Shown here: piece by piece, positions 1 through 7,430 of the stretch
Numbering within the stretch: position 1 is the first letter of the stretch
How the letters are laid out: every line of letters begins with the position of its first letter
Assembly (NCBI GenBank): GCA_964480335.1
Contig: CAYZOK010000006.1
Span: forward strand, 9,990-23,982
Length of the DNA stretch: 13,993 nucleotides
Source: an uncultured Candidatus Bathyarchaeia archaeon
Lineage (GTDB): Archaea; Thermoproteota; Bathyarchaeia; CAYZOK01
Direction: 5' to 3'
Notes under the pieces: model-generated
Seen by the model: only the letters and a program-made list of their open reading frames with translations
Database searches by the model: none
What the model was told of the DNA's origin: nothing
Translations under genes and position numbers: made by a program

Positions 1-520
1 CGCGCTTCCATTCTAGCGTTCGGACGATCTCTCCTCTCTCTGATGCAAACTTGAGCGTCGGAGCGTAAAGACCGATCAAGTATGTGCCGAAGCGACGCTT
101 CAACTCTTCTTCGTTTTCGTGCTTGAAGTGAGTTGGACAAAAGTCGAGTGGCAACTTCAGGTGAGCTTCAGGTCGTGCGATCGAGCCCAAGTATCTGAAT
201 CCAGCTTTTCGGCTCTTAGGCAAACGCGTCCCCACGAGGACCGTAGGATCGTGGGTATGGCCGACTACTGTGAACGCCATTCCACTGTACCGCCTGTAGT
301 ACCGCTTCATGCGTTCGAGCTCAGCCGGCGTGTACCTTCGGCCAAATCCTCTGACCCGCTGGGGAGGGAGGTAGACGTATAGTGTTGCTCGCTCTGAATC
401 GTGTCCGAATAGCCTTAAGTACTCCTTAATCTCCTCAGCTCGCTCTTCAGGCGTCACTTCGAGTTTCGGAAGTAGCAGGTAGCGGAGTCGCTTCTTTGCG
501 CGCTTCTCCTCGACCGCCAC
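1..520 (-). CDS. hypothetical protein, N-terminal 173 codons (gene continues beyond left edge); absent from supplied ORF track
   Basis: The minus-strand frame occupying + positions 2-4 through 518-520 has no stop; I checked every + triplet for tta/cta/tca. The in-frame upstream stop is at 542-544. Translation: (V/M)AVEEKRAKKRLRYLLLPKLEVTPEERAEEIKEYLRLFGHDSERATLYVYLPPQRVRGFGRRYTPAELERMKRYYRRYSGMAFTVVGHTHDPTVLVGTRLPKSRKAGFRYLGSIARPEAHLKLPLDFCPTHFKHENEEELKRRFGTYLIGLYAPTLKFASERGEIVRTLEWKR. The candidate start is GTG at 518-520, 27-28 nt from a TATA-like box at 546-551. I do not recognise the family. The listed + ORF 119-382 lies in the antisense phase of this frame. Confidence 0.6.
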   Translation of the reverse strand, partial: MAVEEKRAKKRLRYLLLPKLEVTPEERAEEIKEYLRLFGHDSERATLYVYLPPQRVRGFGRRYTPAELERMKRYYRRYSGMAFTVVGHTHDPTVLVGTRLPKSRKAGFRYLGSIARPEAHLKLPLDFCPTHFKHENEEELKRRFGTYLIGLYAPTLKFASERGEIVRTLEWKR

Positions 521-545
521 ATCCTTCAGTATGGTCAGCGATCAG

Positions 546-551
546 TTAATA
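546..551. promoter_or_regulatory. TATA-like box (TTAATA / TATTAA), possibly shared by divergent tRNA-Trp and the left-edge CDS
   Basis: This AT-rich hexamer is centred about 27 nt upstream of tRNA position 1 (577). It is also about 27-28 nt upstream of the GTG at 520 on the other strand. Archaeal TATA boxes are centred near -26/-27. Confidence 0.35.
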
Positions 552-576
552 GCTAGTTAAGCTAAGTCGCGATTTG

Positions 577-703
<127 letters not shown>

Positions 704-762
704 TCTCAATGGCCTCACCCTTCCAAGAGAAAGCAATTTCTAGCGCCCCGATTCCTGACAAT

Positions 763-887
<125 letters not shown>

Positions 888-897
888 GTTGAGAAAC

Positions 898-903
898 TTA
901 AAA
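898..903 (+). promoter_or_regulatory. TATA-like box (TTAAAA) upstream of the DUF1512 gene
   Basis: The hexamer is centred about 27 nt upstream of the TTG at 927, which implies a leaderless or near-leaderless transcript. Confidence 0.35.
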
Positions 904-926
904 TCGAGCTTTGAGTCTTTCCGGCT

Positions 927-2045
927 TTGAAGTTGTCCCCCTTCTTTTTTCCACAGCCGGGCGAGCCGCTGTGGATTCTCTGGTATGCGGTTAGCATAGC
1001 GTCCCTCATCATGTTCTTCATCCTCTGGAATCGCCTTCAAGTGTACCAATGGCTTAGGCAGATAGAGCGAGGTCTCAAAAAGCTGGCGATGATGCGTGAG
1101 GAAGCCGTTAAGATCTCGGTAGATACGATCAAGGATGTAGGCAAACCGAAGGACGATCCAGCTCCATTCGTCAACAGGTTCATCGAATATACATTCATCG
1201 GGCCGACCGATTTGGATCCGGCAGGAATCGTGTGGAAGCTGGATCATCTGCTCGACGTTCAAGACTTCAGGTTCAAGGAGGAGACGAAGAAGATCGCTCC
1301 TAAAGCCAGCGAAGATCAGCTAAACAGTTTGACGAACTTGCTCGAAGCATCGCTAGCGCTAAATCTGATCTACAAGGTTGTGCGCCACTTTTACCTGCTC
1401 GGCAGACGAACTAAGAGCCTCTACATAGTCATGCAAGTTCACATGCTGATGCCATTGATCATGCAAGCTGCTGAAGCTTACTTCGGAGCGGTCCACGCAT
1501 TTGCAAATGGCTATCCGATCGGAGACGGTGCTGGCCCCTTAGTCGCTGCTAAGCTGATGGCTAGAGGGAGATTGGTGGATCTAGGCCACGATATGGTCGC
1601 GGTTAGAAGGACGATGCGAGGGCGAAACGTCTGGGTATTGAAGAGCAGAGGTCCGGGCGGGAACGTAGGAAAGCCAGGAGAAGCCATCAAAGCGCTAATC
1701 GAACGCTGTGGAGGTAACGTATCGCTGATCATAATGGTCGACGCTATGCTAAAGCTCGAAGGAGAAAGGACTGGCGAAGTTGTCGAAGGGGTTGGTGCCG
1801 CCATAGGCGGTCCAGGAACCGAGAAGTTCAAGATAGAAGAGGTCGCGCTAAAGTACAAGATTCCGCTTAACGCCGTCCTGATCAAGGAGTCGATTCAAGA
1901 TGCTATCTCGCCTATGAGGAAGGAGGTAATTGAGGGAGTCGAGAGGGCAGTTGGAGTCGTCGAGAGACTTGTCCTCGAACGAGCACGAAAGGGGGATCAC
2001 GTGATCATTGCCGGGATTGGCAATACTATCGGAATTGGCCCCTGA
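927..2045 (+). CDS. DUF1512-family archaeal membrane-anchored protein (function unknown)
   Basis: 372-aa ORF. It has an N-terminal TM helix (LWILWYAVSIASLIMFFILW). It also carries segments I recall as typical of archaeal DUF1512 proteins: VRHFYLL...MQVHMLMPLI, HAFANGYPIGDGAGPLVAAKLM, GPGGNVGKPGEA, MVDAMLKLEGERTGEVVEGVGAAIGGPG and IAGIGNTIGIG. The start is TTG at 927 or 933. No ATG precedes the TM helix. Confidence 0.75.
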   Translation: MKLSPFFFPQPGEPLWILWYAVSIASLIMFFILWNRLQVYQWLRQIERGLKKLAMMREEAVKISVDTIKDVGKPKDDPAPFVNRFIEYTFIGPTDLDPAGIVWKLDHLLDVQDFRFKEETKKIAPKASEDQLNSLTNLLEASLALNLIYKVVRHFYLLGRRTKSLYIVMQVHMLMPLIMQAAEAYFGAVHAFANGYPIGDGAGPLVAAKLMARGRLVDLGHDMVAVRRTMRGRNVWVLKSRGPGGNVGKPGEAIKALIERCGGNVSLIIMVDAMLKLEGERTGEVVEGVGAAIGGPGTEKFKIEEVALKYKIPLNAVLIKESIQDAISPMRKEVIEGVERAVGVVERLVLERARKGDHVIIAGIGNTIGIGP

Positions 2046-2439
2046 GCAGGAGCCAGAAAGGAAGTTTATCCTGCATTACGTCCTGCTAGTCATAATATTT
2101 GCATTCGCAGTTATCTTACTGTACAACGGCGCTACAGCGTATTTCCAAGGAAGGGTGGCTGAAGCTGGGATGAAGATTGCTCTAGGTGCTGCCTTCTTAC
2201 TCCTATGGGGCATCACGCTGCGGCGCTTGCGTGAGATTTCAAGCCTGATTCCAATCGCGAAGAAGCGATTTGAGATGGTCACGGTCACCAAATGCAGTAG
2301 ATGCGGCTTCAAAAGCGTGCGAAACTTCGAGCGAGACGACTACATAATGCGGCGCGCGAACAAGTGCCCCAAGTGTAACAAGCCGATGCTCATTTCGTCT
2401 ATTTACCTGAAAGCTGAGTCGGAACCTAAGCGGTTGTAA
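2035..2439 (+). CDS. small membrane protein with two predicted TM helices and a C-terminal CxxC...CxxC zinc ribbon (hypothetical)
   Basis: The track ORF is 2008-2439. Hydrophobic helices are FILHYVLLVIIFAFAVILLY and IALGAAFLLLWGITL. These are followed by CSRCGF...(18 aa)...CPKCNK. Candidate TTG starts are at 2008, 2017 and 2035. I favour 2035 because it overlaps the upstream stop by only 11 nt. The first ATG (2170) would delete the first TM helix. Confidence 0.55.
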   Translation: MAPEQEPERKFILHYVLLVIIFAFAVILLYNGATAYFQGRVAEAGMKIALGAAFLLLWGITLRRLREISSLIPIAKKRFEMVTVTKCSRCGFKSVRNFERDDYIMRRANKCPKCNKPMLISSIYLKAESEPKRL

Positions 2440-3328
2440 CTAAGCAACCCTCCTTCGTCACAATGACGGTATGCTCCGCTTGTGAAACGATTCCACCTTT
2501 CTTCTCGACGAGGATAGGATAACCAGTCAAGCAGCCAGCATTCAGAAGCTCCTCGAATGCTTGTTCAAACTCGAGCGGATTTTTCGGATCAAAAATCCAT
2601 CGCTTTGCAAACGGCAGGGTGCGATATTCCGTCTTTATCCTGCTGAGAAGCTGGCGAGCGCTTGCGCTGAGCAAGGCTTCGCTCTTAACGTACCGAAATA
2701 TCTGGACGAGCTTGCCCTCCGTTACGAGCCCGCCTGCCTTAGGAGTTGTGGCAAAGGGTTCGATTGCGTAGACTTCTCCAAGCTCAATCTTCGTCCCGTC
2801 GAGCGACGCAACGTTGGGAATGGACTTGCCAGCATGGATTAGATACCTCGCGATCTTATGGCCCTGCAGGTTCTGAACGGGCTTCATTCCAGCCCTAGTC
2901 AACGTTTTCTCGATGACCTCGCCGAGCTTGCGCACTTTTACGCCTGGCCTGACCCGATCCAAGGCGTTCCCTAATGAGCATTCGACGGCTTCGACCATCT
3001 TCTCGAGGGCAGGATGAAAGCTCACGGAAACTGCCGTGTCAGCGATGTAGCCGTCAACCTGAACTCCAATATCGACTTTGACTAGTGCGCCCCGAGGAAT
3101 TGCCGACGTATCATCGAAGGGGGAAGTGTAGTGAGCGGCAACTTCGTTTATGCAAACATTGCACGGAAAGGCGGGCTTCCCCCCTAACCTCGCGATCTCG
3201 CTTTCGACAAAATCGCAGACTTCTATCAACGGCATTCCTTCGTGCAGTTTATCACGCACTCGTTCGCGAACTTTGGATGCTATCCTTCCCGCCTCCAGAT
3301 AGTGACGGATTTCCTCGGCAGAGGTCAA
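2426..3328 (-). CDS. map: methionine aminopeptidase, type 2 (archaeal MetAP)
   Basis: 300 aa with the pita-bread fold signature of archaeal type-2 MetAP: AFPCNVCINEVAAHYTSP, VKVDIGVQVDGYIADTA, GHKIARYLIHAGKSIPN, YAIEPFAT and the SQAEHTVIVT C-terminus. The start is TTG at 3326-3328; there is no upstream in-frame ATG. Confidence 0.9.
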   Translation of the reverse strand: MTSAEEIRHYLEAGRIASKVRERVRDKLHEGMPLIEVCDFVESEIARLGGKPAFPCNVCINEVAAHYTSPFDDTSAIPRGALVKVDIGVQVDGYIADTAVSVSFHPALEKMVEAVECSLGNALDRVRPGVKVRKLGEVIEKTLTRAGMKPVQNLQGHKIARYLIHAGKSIPNVASLDGTKIELGEVYAIEPFATTPKAGGLVTEGKLVQIFRYVKSEALLSASARQLLSRIKTEYRTLPFAKRWIFDPKNPLEFEQAFEELLNAGCLTGYPILVEKKGGIVSQAEHTVIVTKEGCLVTTA

Positions 3329-3334
3329 TTCGCC

Positions 3335-3358
3335 TTTAAGATGATCCTCGTCACTAAA
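3335..3358. promoter_or_regulatory. interleaved divergent TATA-like boxes: TTTAAG (3335-3340, + strand) and TTTAGT (3358-3353, - strand)
   Basis: The minus-strand box is centred about 27 nt upstream of the map TTG start (3328). The plus-strand box is centred about 27 nt upstream of an in-frame TTG at 3365 in the PPAT ORF. Confidence 0.3.
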
Positions 3359-3838
3359 GGTCGGTTGTCCAAGCGTTATAAGCTCGTGCTACTTGGAGGC
3401 ACCTTCGAATTACTGCATGCAGGTCATGAGGCGCTGATCCGCGAGGCGTGCAGACTCGGAGAAAGGGTCATAATCGGACTTACTTCGGACGAGTTCGCGC
3501 AGAAGTTGAAGGGCCGACCTGTCCAATCCTTCAAAGAGCGAAAGAAGGCCCTACTAGACTTCGTGAAAAGTCTGGAGGTCTGGGCCGATGTCGAGATAGT
3601 CGCGTTGCATGATCGCTACGGCATGGCGGTAACATCCCCAGATGCCGAAGCCATAGTTGTTAGCCCCGAGACTGAGGCGATAGCTCATCGAATAAATGAA
3701 AGCCGCAGAAAAGCGGGTCTAGGTCAGCTAGATGTAATCATCGTAGATCTAGTCTTGGCCGAAGATGGATTGCCTGTCACAACGACAAGGATTAGAGAAG
3801 GTATTATAGATCGAAAGGGCAGGCTGCTGAAACGATGA
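3341..3838 (+). CDS. coaD: phosphopantetheine adenylyltransferase, archaeal type (cytidylyltransferase family)
   Basis: Contains the nucleotidyltransferase motif LLGGTFELLHAGHEALI near the N-terminus, followed by SDEF, and a size of about 160 aa. The track ORF 3242-3838 is over-extended into the divergent map gene. Realistic starts are ATG at 3341 or TTG at 3365. The stop overlaps the pheS start (ATGA at 3835-3838). Confidence 0.8.
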   Translation: MILVTKGRLSKRYKLVLLGGTFELLHAGHEALIREACRLGERVIIGLTSDEFAQKLKGRPVQSFKERKKALLDFVKSLEVWADVEIVALHDRYGMAVTSPDAEAIVVSPETEAIAHRINESRRKAGLGQLDVIIVDLVLAEDGLPVTTTRIREGIIDRKGRLLKR

Positions 3839-5352
3839 CATCACGTCTCCACTGGCTTGAAAAGAGGCTCCTGCAAGCCCTCAGTAAAGAGCCTGCCGAC
3901 GTTGAAGAGCTGGCTAGACGCGCTGATCTGAGCGTAGATTCCGTCTTAAAGGCTGGCGAAATGTTGGCTGAGAAAGGGCTCGTTAAGCGCGTCGATGAAG
4001 TTCGCATCTCGGTCGAGCTGGGGGTTGAAGGCAGCAGGGTGGCCATCATAGGGCTTCCCGAGAGGAGGCTCGTTCGAGCAATCAGAAGGTTAGGAGGGAC
4101 GGCAAGTTTCGATCAAGCTCAGCGTGAAGCAGGACTTCGAGGGGAGGAATGGGACCCGGCAATAGGCTGGGGAAGGCGGAAGGGCTGGATTCAGGTTGGA
4201 AGGAAGGCCGAACAATTTGTACTTAAGGTTGGAGCAGAGCCCGACCTCGGCGTCGACGAGAGGTTGATCATGAAGCTAAGGCAAGGAGCTCTCTCGCTAG
4301 AAGAGCTCTCGAGAGAGGAAGTTGAGGCGCTCGAAGGTTTGCGTCGAAGGCCGGATTTCATAGAAATTCGGCAGGTGAAGCATATCCACTTTAAGCTGAC
4401 TAAGCAAGGCGAAGAGGTCGCCCGCCAGGTCAAGGTTGAGAAGGAGGTAACCCTGCTAACGCCAGAGCTCATCCGCACGGGTATGTGGCGCAAGGTTAAG
4501 CTTGCTAAGTTTGATGTCGAAGCTCCTAGTCCCCCCATATACCCGGGAAAAATCCACCCGGTTGGGCAGATAATCCGACAGATACGTGGGATCTTCCTCG
4601 AGATGGGCTTCGAGGAGATAAGGGGGCCGCTGGTGGAGACAGCTTTCTGGAATTTCGATGCACTTTTCGAGCCCCAAGACCATCCGGCCCGCGAATTGAT
4701 GGACACGTTCTACCTCCTAGAGCCAAGCGTTGGAAGTTTGCCCGAAGAGCAACTAGTCGAGAATGTTCGCCGAACTCATGAGGATGGTTGGAAGACGGGA
4801 TCCACAGGATGGGGATACAGCTGGAGCGTTGATGAAGCTAAGAAGCTACTCCTGAGGACGCATACGACTACCGTAACCATTCGCTACCTAGCAGAGAATC
4901 CTGAGCCGCCGGTCAAAGTATTCTGCGTCGATCGCGTCTACCGAAATGAGAGGGTTGATTGGAAACGGCTTGCAGAATTCCACCAGATCGAAGGCATACT
5001 GATGGATGAAGGAGCTACTCTCCGTGACTTGATGGGAATCTTAACCGAATTTTACGCTAAGTTGGGCCTCAGGAAGGTCAAGTTCTGGCCAACGTACTTC
5101 CCATTCACTGAGCCTTCTCTCCAGTCAACCGTCTACATCCCCGAGCTAGGGCGGTGGGTAGAGCTCTGCGGAATGGGAATTTTCAGGCCGGAGGTCGTGG
5201 AGCCCTTGGGAATCAAGCACCCAGTACTCGCGTGGGGTGGCGGGCTCGAAAGGCTGGTCATGATCAAGCTTGGTATAGACGACATCCGAGTGCTGTATAG
5301 GAACGAGTTGAGTTGGCTAAGGCGAGTTCCTCATGCCCGTTATCACGCTTAA
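3835..5352 (+). CDS. pheS: phenylalanine--tRNA ligase alpha subunit (archaeal/eukaryal type)
   Basis: 505 aa. An N-terminal winged-helix-like region is followed by class II aaRS motifs: HPARELMDTFYL, LLRTHTT, FHQIEG, YFPFTEPS, GMGIFRPEV and AWGGGLERLVM. Confidence 0.93.
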   Translation: MTSRLHWLEKRLLQALSKEPADVEELARRADLSVDSVLKAGEMLAEKGLVKRVDEVRISVELGVEGSRVAIIGLPERRLVRAIRRLGGTASFDQAQREAGLRGEEWDPAIGWGRRKGWIQVGRKAEQFVLKVGAEPDLGVDERLIMKLRQGALSLEELSREEVEALEGLRRRPDFIEIRQVKHIHFKLTKQGEEVARQVKVEKEVTLLTPELIRTGMWRKVKLAKFDVEAPSPPIYPGKIHPVGQIIRQIRGIFLEMGFEEIRGPLVETAFWNFDALFEPQDHPARELMDTFYLLEPSVGSLPEEQLVENVRRTHEDGWKTGSTGWGYSWSVDEAKKLLLRTHTTTVTIRYLAENPEPPVKVFCVDRVYRNERVDWKRLAEFHQIEGILMDEGATLRDLMGILTEFYAKLGLRKVKFWPTYFPFTEPSLQSTVYIPELGRWVELCGMGIFRPEVVEPLGIKHPVLAWGGGLERLVMIKLGIDDIRVLYRNELSWLRRVPHARYHA

Positions 5353-7012
5353 CGTAGAACGTTTCTGCTCGCACCTAGGTCGAGAGTTTTCAGCTAGCGA
5401 GCTGGCCGATCTCTTGCCATGGCTCGGTCTTGACATAGAAGAGGTTGGAGCCGACTATGTGAAGGTAGAGTACACGCCAAACAGGCTTGATTTTTCGAGC
5501 CACGCTGGGATAGCGCGAGCCTTGAAGGGACTTTTAGAGATAGACGTGGGTCTCCCTCACTACAGCGTTGATGAACCGCAGTATGCACTAACAGTTGATC
5601 CTCTAGTCGCCGAAGTACGCCCGTACGTGCTGGCGGCGGTCGTTAGAGAGTTGAAGCTCACCGGCGAAGATGTACGCGAGATCATGGAAGTGCAAGAAGA
5701 TCTCCATTGGGGAGTCGGCAGGAATCGCCGGAAGGTTTCGATCGGAGTTCATGACCTGGATGCGGTAGCTCCGCCGTTTTCATACGTAACTGGCGATCCA
5801 GATGCCGTCGCGTTTGTTCCGCTGGATTCCGATGCCGAGATGAGCCTCCGAGAAATCATCGAGAAGCATGAGAAAGGTAGGCTGTACGGCTATATAGTCG
5901 CCAGAGCACGTCGATACCCCCTCATCGTTGATAGCAAAGGCAGGGTGATGTCGTTCCCCCCGGTCATAAACGCAGAGCTGACGCGCGTAACGAGCAAGAC
6001 GACCGACTTCTTCATCGACGTGACAGGCACCGATTTCAAAGCAGTGGCACAAGCCCTCAACATTCTGATAACAACCTTTCACGACATGGGCGGAAGGGTC
6101 GAAGCCATCAAAGTGCAGTATCCTGATCGCGAAGTTGTGTCTCCAGATCTAACTCCGAAGCGGCTGTCCGTTAGGGCGAGCTACATCCGTCGGTATATCG
6201 GGCTCGACTTGTCCGAGGAGGAGGTGAGGCGCTCCCTCGAGCGAAGCCGACTCGGAGTCGAGAAGGTCGAGAGAGGCGTGTTCCACGTGCTTATACCGGC
6301 CTACCGAATCGACATCATGCATGAGATCGATCTAGTCGAAGAAGCGCTGATAGGGTATGGCACGTATCGCGTTACTCCCACCATGCCGAGGACTGTCACC
6401 ATCGGAAAATCTCATGAAGTCCAAGAGGTCGCCGATCTGATTCGGCAGGTAATGATAGGCCTCGGCTTCATCGAAGCTATGAACTTCTTGCTGATCCGCG
6501 AGGACATTCACTATCGCAAGATGCGCCTGAAGGAGGGCAGAGCTGTAAGGCTTGCGAATCCGGTTTCAAGTGAATATTCGATGTTGCGTGAGTGGTTATT
6601 GCCTAGCCTCATGAAGAATCTAGCTGACAACAGACATGAGTCCTATCCGCAGAAGCTGTTCGAAGTCGCTGACGTCGTGAAAGTCGACGAAAGGCTCGAA
6701 GTGAAGAGCAGGCGCGAACTGCACGCAGCTGGAGTCGTTTCTCATTCAAGCGCGAACTTCACTGAGATAAAGTCGTGCGTTGAGGCTCTCCTTAACAACT
6801 TGGGAGCCGATGAGTGGCGAATACGTGGAGGCAGGCATCCAAGCTTTGTGCCAGGCAGAACCGGTGCAATCTACGTCAAAGGGACGAAAGTGGGAGTCCT
6901 CGGCGAGATCCATCCAGAAGTGCTCAACGGCTTCGAGCTAGAAAATCCAACTTGTGCCTTCGAAATTAATGTCGATCTCCTCAAGAGGCGTCTCCCTTCC
7001 CGGGTGGCTTAG
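5333..7012 (+). CDS. pheT: phenylalanine--tRNA ligase beta subunit (archaeal type)
   Basis: 559 aa. The N-terminus MPVITLNVERF...LGLDIEEV...VEYTPNRLDFSSHAGIARAL is typical of archaeal PheT. The B3/4 and B5 regions follow (FPPVINAE, IDIMHEIDLVEE). It overlaps pheS by 20 nt. Confidence 0.92.
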   Translation: MPVITLNVERFCSHLGREFSASELADLLPWLGLDIEEVGADYVKVEYTPNRLDFSSHAGIARALKGLLEIDVGLPHYSVDEPQYALTVDPLVAEVRPYVLAAVVRELKLTGEDVREIMEVQEDLHWGVGRNRRKVSIGVHDLDAVAPPFSYVTGDPDAVAFVPLDSDAEMSLREIIEKHEKGRLYGYIVARARRYPLIVDSKGRVMSFPPVINAELTRVTSKTTDFFIDVTGTDFKAVAQALNILITTFHDMGGRVEAIKVQYPDREVVSPDLTPKRLSVRASYIRRYIGLDLSEEEVRRSLERSRLGVEKVERGVFHVLIPAYRIDIMHEIDLVEEALIGYGTYRVTPTMPRTVTIGKSHEVQEVADLIRQVMIGLGFIEAMNFLLIREDIHYRKMRLKEGRAVRLANPVSSEYSMLREWLLPSLMKNLADNRHESYPQKLFEVADVVKVDERLEVKSRRELHAAGVVSHSSANFTEIKSCVEALLNNLGADEWRIRGGRHPSFVPGRTGAIYVKGTKVGVLGEIHPEVLNGFELENPTCAFEINVDLLKRRLPSRVA

Positions 7013-7430
7013 ACCGCTCGTCGAGCACATAATTCGCCACTACTCGAACGCTCTGAAGATAGTCGAAGTAGGCGTCGGAAAACTTCCGCATGCTGCGTGC
7101 GAGATCAAGAGGTGCATTCCGAACGTTAAGTTGCTTGTAACGGACGTAGACGAGGATGTGCTCAGGCTGGCAAAAGCTTGTGGTCTAGAGGTGGCCAGAG
7201 ATGATGTAACGAAGCCGACAGTTGAACTATACAGAGGAGCTAGCTTGATCTACGCTGTACGAGCTCCCCCCGAGCTTTGGCCATACTTGATTGAGCTTGC
7301 AAAGAGCGTCAGAAGCGATGTTATGATACTACCGTTGCATTCGGATCTCGAAGCCGTCCCTGAGGAGCTCGAGCTCGTAATTGTGGGAAAAGCTTGTCTC
7401 CTAGTCGGCAAGTTCTCTAGGTGGCGTTGA
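6969..7430 (+). CDS. UPF0146-family protein (Rossmann / SAM-methyltransferase-like fold, function unknown)
   Basis: Motifs are KIVEVGVGK (GxGxG-type motif I), an acidic residue after beta-2 (LLVTDVDED), and SLIYAVRAPPELWPYLIELAK, which matches my recollection of UPF0146 proteins (IRPP.EL). The ATG at 6969 lies within track ORF 6954-7430. It overlaps the pheT 3' end by 44 nt, and its stop overlaps the tyrS start. Confidence 0.65.
   Translation: MSISSRGVSLPGWLRPLVEHIIRHYSNALKIVEVGVGKLPHAACEIKRCIPNVKLLVTDVDEDVLRLAKACGLEVARDDVTKPTVELYRGASLIYAVRAPPELWPYLIELAKSVRSDVMILPLHSDLEAVPEELELVIVGKACLLVGKFSRWR

Noticed and set aside
119-382. 87-aa + strand ORF from the track
   Set aside because: It lies exactly antisense, in the same codon phase, to a much longer minus-strand frame (1-520) with better protein-like sequence. 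It is most likely a shadow ORF.
704-762. Extra small RNA, or an independent 5S promoter, in the tRNA-5S spacer
   Set aside because: There is a lone CTGA (755-758) with no C box. Only a weak AT patch (AATTTC, about 735-740) sits near -27 of the 5S gene. This is not enough to call either feature, and the 5S rRNA may be co-transcribed with the tRNA.
945-950. T6 run as a terminator for the 5S rRNA
   Set aside because: It lies 58 nt downstream of the 5S 3' end and inside the DUF1512 coding frame, where it encodes FFF upstream of the TM helix. It may act as a terminator, but that cannot be separated from its coding role using the sequence alone.
4191-4706. Long antisense ORFs inside well-supported genes: 4191-4706, 4456-4683 and 4526-4726 in pheS; 1511-1885 in DUF1512; 10678-11076, 10994-11320 and 11073-11477 in dnaG; 12512-12709, 12906-13133, 13124-13633 and 13698-13979 in polB; 9224-9562 and 10004-10228 in gap
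   Set aside because: Each lies opposite a CDS with unmistakable family motifs. The translations are rich in Ser, Arg and Pro with no recognisable motifs. This is typical of shadow frames in DNA of moderate-to-high GC content.
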